Shown: positions 19,951-28,627, counted from the first letter of the stretch. The stretch is 40,604 bases of DNA from Solirubrobacteraceae bacterium (GCA_036513815.1 DATBYI010000679.1:1-40604); one strand, 5' to 3'. The notes: generated by a model not told the origin, from the sequence alone. Made by a program: numbers and translations.

Positions 19951-19953
19951 CGT

Positions 19954-20355
19954 CTAGCTCCCGGTTACGACTTCCCCGTACACGGACGGGTGGATGCCGG
20001 ACTCGCTGATGCGATGAGCCTCGTCACCGGTAAGCGCCGGTGTGAACATGCACACGAGCCGCAGGTCCTCGTCCTCGCCGCCGAGCAGCCAGTGGGTGTC
20101 GTGCTTGTCGAGCGCGTAGATCCGTCCGGGGAAGATGTCGTGCTCGGTCCCGTCCATCTCGATCACCTTGCCGCGTCCCTCGATGCAATAGCACGCCTCG
20201 AGGTGATTTGCGTACTCGATCAGCGTCTTGGTGCCCTTGTTCACGATCGTGTCGGTCACCGTGTAGCCCATGCCGTCGGCTTCGAGTAGGAAGCGGCGGC
20301 TGAGGCCGTTGCCCCACTCAACCGTTTTGACGTCTTCTAGATCGCGAATGATCAT
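19954..20355 (-). CDS. ectC: Ectoine synthase-like cupin (solitary EctC type)
   Basis: SRRFLL..DGMGY, YANHLEACYCIEG, IYALDKHDTH and CMFTPALTGDEAH; the Glu/Tyr/His metal ligands are present. No ectA or ectB nearby. Confidence 0.85.
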   Translation of the reverse strand: MIIRDLEDVKTVEWGNGLSRRFLLEADGMGYTVTDTIVNKGTKTLIEYANHLEACYCIEGRGKVIEMDGTEHDIFPGRIYALDKHDTHWLLGGEDEDLRLVCMFTPALTGDEAHRISESGIHPSVYGEVVTGS

Positions 20356-20376
20356 GTATGGCCCCTTGTGGTTGAT

Positions 20377-21198
20377 TTAGATGCTGTCGGCGGCGCCTTC
20401 GGCGGCGCCTTGGTCCTGTCCCAACTCGAGGAGTAAGCCCTCGAAGTCTTCGACTACGTCGCGCCCGGCGTCGCGGGCCGCCGTCACCCGCGCCACGCAA
20501 GTGCTGCCGACGATCGCCGCGTCGGCGCCCACCTCGCCGAGCCCGTCGATGTGGCTCTTGTCCTTGACTCCGAACCCGACGGCGATCGGGACGTTTGTCC
20601 GTGCGCGTAACGTCTGCATGACCGGGATCAGCGTGCTGTGGTCAGGCGGCCCGACCGTGCCGCTGCGCCCATAGGCGGCAACGAGGTAGATGTAGGCCGA
20701 CCCGTGATCGGCGGCCTCGTTCAGCACCGGCTCTTCCGACGTGGCGTAGCAGGTGGTGACAATCGGCTGACCCACCGTGACGGCCGCCTCGTAGTACTCG
20801 GCGCGGAGCCGTGGCGGCAGCGCGTGGACGAGCAGGCCGTCGGCGCCCGCGTCCTTGACCCGCTCGAGGAACTCGCGTATCGGAGTGCGCTTGATCGAGT
20901 AGCTCCAGTCGGCCAGGAGGGCGATCTTCAGGTGCGAGAGGCGAGGACGGATCCCGCGTACGAACTCGAGGACCGTCTCACGGTCGACGCCGTCCTCGAG
21001 CGCCCGGCTGGCCGAGGCTCGGATGACGGGGCCATCGCTGGCCGAGTTCGGGAACGGGATCGCCAGCTCGAGGCAGTCGACACGGTGCTCGTCGAGCATT
21101 AGCACGAGGTCCTCGAACACGTCAAGCGGCGGGTCGCCGGCGTTCAGGAACAGCGCCAGGCCCGGCCGTCCCGGTTTGCGCTCGGCGAAGAAGCTCAT
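20377..21198 (-). CDS. trpA: Tryptophan synthase alpha subunit-like (IGP lyase)
   Basis: FLNAGDP, LELAIPF..SDGPVI (catalytic Glu and Asp retained), PIAVGFGV and DAAIVGS. Confidence 0.88.
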   Translation of the reverse strand: MSFFAERKPGRPGLALFLNAGDPPLDVFEDLVLMLDEHRVDCLELAIPFPNSASDGPVIRASASRALEDGVDRETVLEFVRGIRPRLSHLKIALLADWSYSIKRTPIREFLERVKDAGADGLLVHALPPRLRAEYYEAAVTVGQPIVTTCYATSEEPVLNEAADHGSAYIYLVAAYGRSGTVGPPDHSTLIPVMQTLRARTNVPIAVGFGVKDKSHIDGLGEVGADAAIVGSTCVARVTAARDAGRDVVEDFEGLLLELGQDQGAAEGAADSI

Positions 21199-22241
21199 GC
21201 CTTGGCCGCAACCTGGCCGTGCTGGCGCATCCGCTCGATCAGCCGGCCCGGCACGCCGGCACTCATCGCTTCACCGGCGAGGTCGAGGGCGGTCGGCCAA
21301 TCCGGCGCGACGCCGCAGTTCATCGCGAGCGCGGCCGCGTTCAGCTTGATGCTCTCGATCGCGCCCGGTGGACCGTCGCCTCCGATCAGAGCCAGGAAGT
21401 GATCGACGGTCTGATCGAGGTCGGACACGGGCAGGAGATCGTCGAACGGCCGGTCGCTCAGGCCGAGCTCCGTGGGGCGGAGGATGGTCTCTTCCCCCGC
21501 ACGGCTGTCGTAGACGTGGCAGTCGACGACGCTCATGAGCTCATCGACACCCACGTCGTTCCACACCACCCAGTAGTCCTTGCTCTCGTCCTCGTCGACG
21601 AGTCCGCGGAAGGTTGGGAGCACGCTGTGATCCGAGACCCCGGTGATCTGCAGCGACACGGGCACCGAGGCCAGGAACGGTCCGATCAGGTTGAAGAAGC
21701 GTCCCACCGTCTTCATGTCGAAGGGCAGAATCTGGCGCGCCAGCATGCGAAGCTCTTTCGGATACACGAACGGGCCGGCGCAGGCCATCCCGAACTCGTC
21801 CAGCATCTCCTCGGTTTGCTCGTAGGAACTCGTCTGCCGGATGCCCAGTCGATCGAGCAGGTCGACCGACCCGGTGCGGCTGGCGTAGGCCCGCGAGCCG
21901 GTCTTGATCACCCGAGCGCCCATCGCCGCGGCCACGAACGCGGACGCTGTCGACAGGTTGAACGTGCTCGGGCCTCCACCGGTCCCCACAATGTTCACCG
22001 TGGTGCGCGGTGGCGGCGCCGGTCGCGGATTGCGCTCCCGGAGCGAGGACAGCAGGGTGCTGACCGAGGCGCCGTCGGGCATTCGCGTCGTGAGCGAGGA
22101 CAGCACGGCGAGCGCCTCGCCCGCGTGGAGCTCCTTGGCCGCGAGGCGATCCCAGAAGTCCCCCCACACCTCGGCCGGGATGGGATAGCGCTGGGTGACC
22201 AGCGCGGCCAAGGCCTCCGATGGAGGAGGCTTACTCGGCAT
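21195..22241 (-). CDS. trpD: Anthranilate phosphoribosyltransferase-like (divergent TrpD)
   Basis: IVGTGG, TFNLSTASA, KTGSR..SRTGSVDLL, FNLIGP, GVDEL and LNAAA. Start at ATG 22241, overlapping the carrier-protein stop. Confidence 0.82.
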   Translation of the reverse strand: MPSKPPPSEALAALVTQRYPIPAEVWGDFWDRLAAKELHAGEALAVLSSLTTRMPDGASVSTLLSSLRERNPRPAPPPRTTVNIVGTGGGPSTFNLSTASAFVAAAMGARVIKTGSRAYASRTGSVDLLDRLGIRQTSSYEQTEEMLDEFGMACAGPFVYPKELRMLARQILPFDMKTVGRFFNLIGPFLASVPVSLQITGVSDHSVLPTFRGLVDEDESKDYWVVWNDVGVDELMSVVDCHVYDSRAGEETILRPTELGLSDRPFDDLLPVSDLDQTVDHFLALIGGDGPPGAIESIKLNAAALAMNCGVAPDWPTALDLAGEAMSAGVPGRLIERMRQHGQVAAKA

Positions 22242-22494
22242 TCGCGGTCGGACGCGCCTGGTCGACGTACTCCTTGATCGCTGCAACGGTGCGGAAGCTG
22301 TCGGGTCCTAGCTCGGAGTCGTCGACGCCGATGTCGAACTCGTCCTCCAGCCAGGCCACCACCTTGAGCAAGCCCAGGCTGTCTACGACCCCGCCCGTGA
22401 GCAGGTCGAAATCGTCCTCGAGCTCGTCAGGCGAAACGTCGGGCATGAACTCCTCGACGATGAACGCCTTGATCTTCACGGTGGTCTCATCCAT
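22231..22494 (-). CDS. Acyl/peptidyl carrier protein (PltL/RedO-like)
   Basis: Small acidic protein with the phosphopantetheine site GVVDSLGLL; SD GAGGAG before ATG 22494. Confidence 0.9.
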   Translation of the reverse strand: MDETTVKIKAFIVEEFMPDVSPDELEDDFDLLTGGVVDSLGLLKVVAWLEDEFDIGVDDSELGPDSFRTVAAIKEYVDQARPTANAE

Positions 22495-24025
22495 TGGCAC
22501 GACTCCTCTCTAGTTCGGCCGCGATCGCCTTGCGGTCGACCTTTCCGGTTGATGTTTTGGGCAACGGCTCGGTGACGATCTCGATCGTCGAAGGCATTTC
22601 GGTGCGGGCCAGCCGCGTCGCGCAGTGCTGGCGGAGCATCAGGCTGTTGAGCTTGACGTCGGCTTCGCGGCGGACCGTCGCGTGCAGCCTCGCGCCGGCG
22701 AGGTCGTCGGGCACCGCGATGACGGCGACCTCGATCACCGCCGGGTGCTCCTGGATCGCCTGCTCGACAACCTGGGTCGAGACGCGCACGCCGCGTACCT
22801 TGACGTAGAAATCGGCGCGGCCCTCGAGGGTGAGGGTGCCGTCCTCGTGTCGCCGGACGATGTCGCCAGACTTGTAGTAGGTGCGGCCGTTGTCGTCTTC
22901 GAGGGCGACGAACTTCGCCTCGTTCAAGGACGACTTCAGGTAGCCGCGCGTCTGGAACGGCGTCCACACCATGAACTCACCGGTGCCGGGGCCTTCGAGC
23001 GCGGTCCCATCCTCGCTCTGAACGCGGGCGATGACGCCCGGGATCGGCTGGCCGACCGGGACGTTCGACGGAACGTTGCCTTCGGCCAACCCGAGGAACT
23101 CATGAATCAGGCTGTCGTTAGTCTCGGTGCAGCCGTAAATGTTGTAGAAGCGCGCGTTCGGAAACAGCGTGGGTAGCTCGGCCAGCGAAGTGGCCGGGAT
23201 CTTGTCGCCCGTGGTGATCACGTGGCGGACGCTCGGGAACGTGCGCCCGTCCTCCCGGTTGACGTCGATCAGCAGGCGATAGAGCATCGGCACCGCCTGG
23301 AGCACGTTCACTTGCTGGAGGTTCACGAGATCGGCCAGGTACTCGCCCTGCGTGGCGCGGTCCTGGTCGACCATCGCGACACAGCCACCGTGCTTGAGCG
23401 TGGTCCAGATGTCGAGCAGGCACAGGTCGAAGTTGAGCGGCGCGTAGTTGGCGACGACGGTGCCAGGGCGGATGTCGAACTGCTCGGCCGCCCAGTCGGT
23501 GAACGCGTCGACGCCAGCCGCCTGAAGCGGGACGATCTTGGGCAGGCCGGTCGAGCCCGACGTTGTCAGCATGAACGTGACGCCCTCGCCACCGCCGACC
23601 GGGGGCCATTCGGAGTCTGCCGCCTCCGGCTGGTCGCGCACGTCGTCCACCAGCGCCCGGAGGCTGGCCGCGCTCTCGCTGCGCGGTCCATGCGGGGAGA
23701 GGACCTGGCTCGTCCCTGCTTGAGCGAACAGCTGGGCCAGCGTTTCGGGCGCGAGCTCGATCGAGGGGAGCAGGAACGACTTGCCGGCGCGCAGGCAGCC
23801 GAGGATCAGTGCGATCGCCTCGGGCGACTTCTTGGCCCGGATGCCGACCGGGCGGTCGGCAGGGAGGCGCGCGCCCTCGATCTCGGCGTAGGCGTTGTCG
23901 GCGAGGCGCTGCAGCTCGGCGTAGGAGATCGGCTCGCCCTCCCAGATCAGCGCCGGCGCGTCCGGTTGGCGCTCGACCTGGTCGGCGAAGTGGTCCGCAA
24001 TCGATCTCACCGCTGTCTGGCTCAT
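22487..24025 (-). CDS. Stand-alone amino-acid adenylation enzyme (PltF/RedM-like)
   Basis: A3 TTSGSTGLPK, A4 FDL, A5 NIYGCTETN, A7 KSGD, A8 GRAD..VKVRG and A10 PKTSTGKVDR. Confidence 0.9.
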   Translation of the reverse strand: MSQTAVRSIADHFADQVERQPDAPALIWEGEPISYAELQRLADNAYAEIEGARLPADRPVGIRAKKSPEAIALILGCLRAGKSFLLPSIELAPETLAQLFAQAGTSQVLSPHGPRSESAASLRALVDDVRDQPEAADSEWPPVGGGEGVTFMLTTSGSTGLPKIVPLQAAGVDAFTDWAAEQFDIRPGTVVANYAPLNFDLCLLDIWTTLKHGGCVAMVDQDRATQGEYLADLVNLQQVNVLQAVPMLYRLLIDVNREDGRTFPSVRHVITTGDKIPATSLAELPTLFPNARFYNIYGCTETNDSLIHEFLGLAEGNVPSNVPVGQPIPGVIARVQSEDGTALEGPGTGEFMVWTPFQTRGYLKSSLNEAKFVALEDDNGRTYYKSGDIVRRHEDGTLTLEGRADFYVKVRGVRVSTQVVEQAIQEHPAVIEVAVIAVPDDLAGARLHATVRREADVKLNSLMLRQHCATRLARTEMPSTIEIVTEPLPKTSTGKVDRKAIAAELERSRANG

Positions 24026-24753
24026 AGGGACCTCTGGGTAGTCGGAGCGGTCAGCTCGGCGCGATGGCGCTCGAACTCGTCGACCCAGCCCTGGATGCTG
24101 TCGGCGCGAAGGAGCCCGGTCCCGATCAACAGACCCTTGAAGCCGGCATCGACGAGCTCCGCGGCGATCAGCGGGTCGACGATCGCGCTGGCGCTGACCG
24201 GGCAGGGCGTGCCGGCCTCGATCGTTGCGTCGAGCAGTGCGCGACTCGTGTCGATGTCGCCCGGCTCGCGCTCACGCGTATTGATGTCCTTGTTGTTGAC
24301 CGCGATGATGCAGTCCGCCGGGTGGATCACGCTTTCGAGCTCGCCCTGGTCGACGACCTCGACGAACGGCGTAAGTCCATGCTCGAGCGTCAGCTCGATC
24401 AGGTGCTGAAAAGTCTTGGCGGGCAGGATCTTGGCCGTGAGCAGGACGGCCGAGGCGCCCATCTCCTTCGCCGCGACGATCTGTTTCTCGCGCGTGATGA
24501 AGTCCTTCTTGAGCAGGGGGAGGTCGGTCAGTCCCGCCACCTCTTCGAGCATCGCGTCGGTGCCCCCGAACCAGCGACCGGTCACGACCGAGATGCACGG
24601 CGCGCCGGCGGCGACGTACTGATCGACGATCCCGGCGATCGTGCGCTCACCGATCAGCTCGGCCCCCTCACCGTCGGAGCGCTTGACCTCCATGATGATC
24701 GGAACCCGGCCCGCGAGCAGGGCGTTTGCGAACGCGCTAGCCATCCTCGTCAA
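24022..24753 (-). CDS. trpC: Indole-3-glycerol-phosphate synthase-like (divergent TrpC)
   Basis: IMEVKR, ISVVT, LKKDFI, GASAVLL, VEV, VNNKD and LLIG. Start at TTG 24753 or ATG 24744. Confidence 0.82.
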   Translation of the reverse strand: MTRMASAFANALLAGRVPIIMEVKRSDGEGAELIGERTIAGIVDQYVAAGAPCISVVTGRWFGGTDAMLEEVAGLTDLPLLKKDFITREKQIVAAKEMGASAVLLTAKILPAKTFQHLIELTLEHGLTPFVEVVDQGELESVIHPADCIIAVNNKDINTREREPGDIDTSRALLDATIEAGTPCPVSASAIVDPLIAAELVDAGFKGLLIGTGLLRADSIQGWVDEFERHRAELTAPTTQRSL

Positions 24754-25495
24754 TCACTCCTTGCGGCCGGTCCTTCCACACCTTCGTGATCGCCTCGACG
24801 TTGTCAGAGGAGATCTTCCCATCTGAGGTGCGTGCGTTGGTATCTACATCGATCCCGAGGAACCGTGGGTGGGAGGCGAGCGCCTCGTACTCCCCGCGAT
24901 TGCCGGCCGAGATTCCGCCGGCGAGCAGGAACGGCCGGTTCAGCTTGTCGGCGAGTGGAGCCACCACGGCCGGGTCTATCGCCTGTCCGGTGCTCCCGAC
25001 GCGGCCGTCCTCGGTGACCACGTCGAACAGGAATACGTCGACGCCGGCCTTCTCGTAGGAGGCGAGCAGCGATTCCTCGACGCACTCGCCGCCACGGACG
25101 TGGAGAACCTTCAGAACGCGAATGTCAGGAGAGATCGCCTTGACCTTGCGGATCGTGCCTGGGGTGGGGTAGCCGTGCAGCTGGATCCATTGCACGCCGG
25201 AGCCTTCGAGCGTGGCGCGCAGCTCTTCGGGGTCCTTGGAGAAAGTCACAAGCACCGGCGTCAGGCCTTGAGCGGCGCCCGCCGCACCGGCTAGCTCGCG
25301 CCAACGGTCGCGGTCGAGGTCGTGGGGCCCGCCCGGCACTCCCCACCACAGCCCGACGAAGTCGACCTCCCGCGCCGCGAGCAGGTCGATCTCCGCCCGT
25401 TCGACGATCCCGCAGACCTTGACGCGGGTGCCGAGGCGGCTGTCGCTCAGGGGGTCGTCGGTCACGCTCGGCTGCCTCGATGGCGCGGTCGGCAT
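24737..25495 (-). CDS. trpF: Phosphoribosylanthranilate isomerase-like (TrpF)
   Basis: VKVCGI (catalytic Cys), IQLHG, FLFD (catalytic Asp), GSTG, LAGGI and GIDV. Start uncertain (25510, 25495 or 25465). Confidence 0.82.
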   Translation of the reverse strand: MPTAPSRQPSVTDDPLSDSRLGTRVKVCGIVERAEIDLLAAREVDFVGLWWGVPGGPHDLDRDRWRELAGAAGAAQGLTPVLVTFSKDPEELRATLEGSGVQWIQLHGYPTPGTIRKVKAISPDIRVLKVLHVRGGECVEESLLASYEKAGVDVFLFDVVTEDGRVGSTGQAIDPAVVAPLADKLNRPFLLAGGISAGNRGEYEALASHPRFLGIDVDTNARTSDGKISSDNVEAITKVWKDRPQGVIDEDG

Positions 25496-25512
25496 CGACA
25501 CGAGCCTCACGA

Positions 25513-25575
25513 GGGATTGCGGGAGACCGCTGGGATGCCCTCTACTCGGTGCATCTCCTGCGGTCTCCCGATCCC
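25513..25575 (-). promoter_or_regulatory. Long imperfect stem-loop just upstream of the trpF-like operon
   Basis: GGGAT..CGGGAGACCGC..GATGC pairs with GCATC..GCGGTCTCCCG ATCCC. Confidence 0.55.
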
Positions 25576-25602
25576 AATTCCCTATGCCCCCGCGGTTCCG
25601 GA

Positions 25603-26868
25603 CTAGGTCCCGGCCAACCCGCTGGCGCCTGGCACGGGCAGCGCGGGCGTCTGGCCGATGAACGTCAGGATGCCGTTCCCGCCGACTCTGTACTCGTCGA
25701 TGTGATGCGTCGCCGGATTCGCCCCGGTTGAGAGCACGTACAGGTAGCGGCTATCGCTCGAGAGCGTCTCGTCGGTGAGCGCGAACTCGTTCGGGCGCAC
25801 GGCGGTGTTGCCGAGCAGTGTCAGGCCGCCGCCGGGCGACAGCTTGAACTCGGAGGTGAATCCACCCGTCGGGGCGCCGCCGCCGGTGTTGACGACGTAG
25901 GCGAACTTCCCGTTGGGGGTGATGGTCACCCAGCACGGAGCCGTGCCCTTGGTGGCAGCGGTCGCGATTGGGGTTAGCGCTCCCGAGCCCGACACCGTGT
26001 AGCTGGCCGTGTCCCCGGCGCCCGGTACCGACAGGCTCGTCACCTGGGACATGATCAGCTTGCCGCTGGGAGAGAAAGCGAACCCGAACGGGAACGGCGT
26101 GGTCGCGTTGTAGGCGGTGGCCGCACCGGCGACGCCGCTGGCGTTGACGTGGAACGTGTCGATCGAGTCAGCGCCCGTGGGCGGCGCAGCGTTCGGATTG
26201 CCCAGGAGGGATACCACCAGGGTCCTGCCGTTGTTGTTGAAGCCAACCTGGCGGGCGAGGCCCGGAACGGTAGCGGTCAGAGGCCAAATCGAGCCCTTGA
26301 TCGGCGTCAGGTGGCCGGCGGTGTTGAAGCGGAAGCCGGCGATGTTGCCCGGCACCGGTGGCCCAGGCATCGGGAAGATCCCGGAGTCAAGGACGTAGAG
26401 CACGTTGCCGTGGATCGTGATGCTGTTGGGGAACTTTCCGCCCGAAGCCTTGACGCTCGCCAAGTGAAGACCGCCGGCGGTCACGCGGAAGGAGCTAATT
26501 GAGTTGCTCCCAGCGTTGACGACGAACAGGAGTCGACCGTCGGAGGTCAGCGCGACCTCGCCCTGAGTGTCGAGGAACGGGCACGTGGGCGCACAGCCGG
26601 GCTGCAACTGCTGGCCTCCAATGCCGCCGGTGGCAACCGCCTTGACGAACTTGAGCTTGCCGTTGGCGAACCGGTCGAATATCAGGACCTTGTTGCCCTT
26701 GGGGCTGTTGGTCTCCGAGTAGACCCGGCCGACCGCCTTGGACTTGGACTTACTTGGGCTCTTTGCGCTGGCCATTCCAGGCAGCGCGAACGCGACGACG
26801 GCGACCGCCGTCAGCATCCCCAGCAACGACAAACGGCTGCCGCGATTGAAACGCCCCAACGAAATCAC
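25603..26868 (-). CDS. Secreted beta-propeller protein (lactonase/cycloisomerase-2-like), paralogue 1
   Basis: Signal-peptide-like N-terminus; repeated blades (DGRLLFVVNAGSNSISSF, PFGFAF, APCWVTITPNGKFAYV, LSSDSRYLY). SD GAGGGGAG before GTG 26868. Confidence 0.85.
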   Translation of the reverse strand: MISLGRFNRGSRLSLLGMLTAVAVVAFALPGMASAKSPSKSKSKAVGRVYSETNSPKGNKVLIFDRFANGKLKFVKAVATGGIGGQQLQPGCAPTCPFLDTQGEVALTSDGRLLFVVNAGSNSISSFRVTAGGLHLASVKASGGKFPNSITIHGNVLYVLDSGIFPMPGPPVPGNIAGFRFNTAGHLTPIKGSIWPLTATVPGLARQVGFNNNGRTLVVSLLGNPNAAPPTGADSIDTFHVNASGVAGAATAYNATTPFPFGFAFSPSGKLIMSQVTSLSVPGAGDTASYTVSGSGALTPIATAATKGTAPCWVTITPNGKFAYVVNTGGGAPTGGFTSEFKLSPGGGLTLLGNTAVRPNEFALTDETLSSDSRYLYVLSTGANPATHHIDEYRVGGNGILTFIGQTPALPVPGASGLAGT

Positions 26869-27067
26869 GTAAATCTCCCCTCGTTTGTGCCCGCGCGCGA
26901 CTCTATATGAATCGCCGCCCCGCGACCAGTGGGTCCCCGACTCGCGGGGGCTGCGACTGTACCGCATGGTCCGGCGGGCGTGGAATGGGTTATGCGGGCG
27001 TGGAAAGGTTTTGTTAAGGGATCCTGCGGAGCCCTACCGCGCCTTTCCGCGCGCGCGTGACTGGAGG

Positions 27068-27104
27068 TGACGGCGGCGACCCGTTGCTCGAGCCGCCGCC
27101 GTCA
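27068..27104 (-). terminator. Stem-loop after beta-propeller paralogue 2
   Basis: TGACGGCGGCG / CGCCGCCGTCA 11-bp stem 12 bp past the stop at 27117. Confidence 0.6.
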
Positions 27105-27116
27105 TACGATCTGCGG

Positions 27117-28379
27117 TTAGAACGCGGCGACTCCCGAGACGCCGTTTGGCAGCGTCGAAGGCGTCGTCTGGATGTGCGTGATGCTCCCGTTCGAGCCCAC
27201 CTTGTACACGTCGATGTGGCTCGGCCCGCCCATGATGAACGGATCGGTCACGTACAGATAGTGGTCGTTGCTCGAGAGGGCCTCGTCGCTCGGGAAGCCC
27301 ATGCCGCCCGCGCTGCCCTTGCCCGTCAGCTTCAGCTTGCCGCCGGCGCCGACGGACATGACCGACACGCTTCCCTTGCCGGAGAACGTGTCCGGTACGG
27401 AGTCCGACAGCGTGTTCGACACGAACGCCCAACGACCATTCTTGGTCACCACCAGCCAGCACGCCGCGCGTCCGTTCGTCGAGGTGTTCTTGACCAGCGT
27501 GAGCTTGCCGGCACTCGACAGGTTGTACGTGGCCGCCGAGCCGTGGAACTGCGTGGGGTCGCCCGGGTTGGGCTCCGCGCCCGACGGCGTGGCGACAAAC
27601 CCGGCGTTACTGACCAGGATCTGCTTGCCGGACGGCGAGAAGCCGAACGGGTTCGCGATGCCCGGAGTGGCGAACGCGCGCGACGGACCGGCCACGCCGC
27701 TCTTGCCGACCACGAAGGTGTCGATCTCGCCGTACGTGCGCGGAAGCCCGCGCTGGGTGACGGCGAGCACGGCGCCGTTGTCGGCGAACCCGATCGCGGC
27801 GGTGACACCGACCTTGTCCTTCTTGCCCTTGGGCGTCACTGCCGTGAGCTTCTGGCTCGATCCCGCGATCGGCGTGAGCTTGCCGGACGAGGAGAACTTC
27901 CAGCCGTAGATATTGGCGCTCGTCTCGTTGACGACGTACAGAAGATTGCCGCTGCTGGTCACGCTGATCGGCAGCTTCCCGTGCGAGGAGACGTGGGAGA
28001 CGAGCTTCGGGCCCGACGCCGTGATCTGGAACGAGCTGACGCTGTTGTCTCCGCCGTTCACCACGAACAGCAGCTTGCCGTTGGGCGTAAGGTCAATTGA
28101 CCCCGAGCCGTCGGCGATTGGGAAGCCAAACGGCGGCGTGCTCGCGATCCCCTTCCCGCCGGTCGCCACGACCTTGCGTTGGGTGAGCGTGCCGTTCGCC
28201 GCCCGGGTGAACACGACCAACGAGTTGCCCGCCGGGTTGTTCGTGGCCGTGTACACGGCGTCGTAGTTGACCTTCGCCGAGCCGGGCTTCTGTGCGGCGC
28301 TCGCGAGCGCCGGAGTGGTCAAGGCCACCGCGGCCGCCACGATCCCCAGCAGCCGCCAGGGCCTGCCATCACGTCCCAT
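27117..28379 (-). CDS. Secreted beta-propeller protein (lactonase/cycloisomerase-2-like), paralogue 2
   Basis: Signal peptide ending ALASA; VYTATNNPAGNS, NGKLLFVVNGGDNSVSSF, NPFGF, AACWLVVTKNGR and LSSNDHYLY. Start at ATG 28379 after GGAGGG. Confidence 0.87.
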   Translation of the reverse strand: MGRDGRPWRLLGIVAAAVALTTPALASAAQKPGSAKVNYDAVYTATNNPAGNSLVVFTRAANGTLTQRKVVATGGKGIASTPPFGFPIADGSGSIDLTPNGKLLFVVNGGDNSVSSFQITASGPKLVSHVSSHGKLPISVTSSGNLLYVVNETSANIYGWKFSSSGKLTPIAGSSQKLTAVTPKGKKDKVGVTAAIGFADNGAVLAVTQRGLPRTYGEIDTFVVGKSGVAGPSRAFATPGIANPFGFSPSGKQILVSNAGFVATPSGAEPNPGDPTQFHGSAATYNLSSAGKLTLVKNTSTNGRAACWLVVTKNGRWAFVSNTLSDSVPDTFSGKGSVSVMSVGAGGKLKLTGKGSAGGMGFPSDEALSSNDHYLYVTDPFIMGGPSHIDVYKVGSNGSITHIQTTPSTLPNGVSGVAAF

Positions 28380-28627
28380 AACTTGCCCTCCGTGTTGTGC
28401 GTGTGGCGCCCGGCCAGCGCCGATTGTCGGCGCGAGCGTACAGCACAGGACATGCTTGTGAACAAGGCGTGACCGAAAACTTGCCTGACTACCCGGGCGG
28501 GAATATCGCAGCCTGGTATACGATCGCCCCGCGCAATCCCTGGGGACGTGGGCTCGCGCGACGCCGTCCAAAACCTCACGAATTAGGCGACCCTGTACTC
28601 CTGTTCCCAATCGATGGAGGGTCTTCA

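Noticed and set aside
19954-20355. Osmoprotectant ectoine biosynthesis locus
   Set aside because: ectA, ectB, ectD and ask are absent; the gene is coupled to a secondary-metabolic operon.
22231-24025. dltA/dltC teichoic-acid D-alanylation genes
   Set aside because: No dltB or dltD; a PltE/RedW-like dehydrogenase is in the same operon instead.
20377-25495. Housekeeping tryptophan operon
   Set aside because: No trpE/G/B, interrupted by adenylation and carrier genes, and TrpD/TrpC motifs are divergent.
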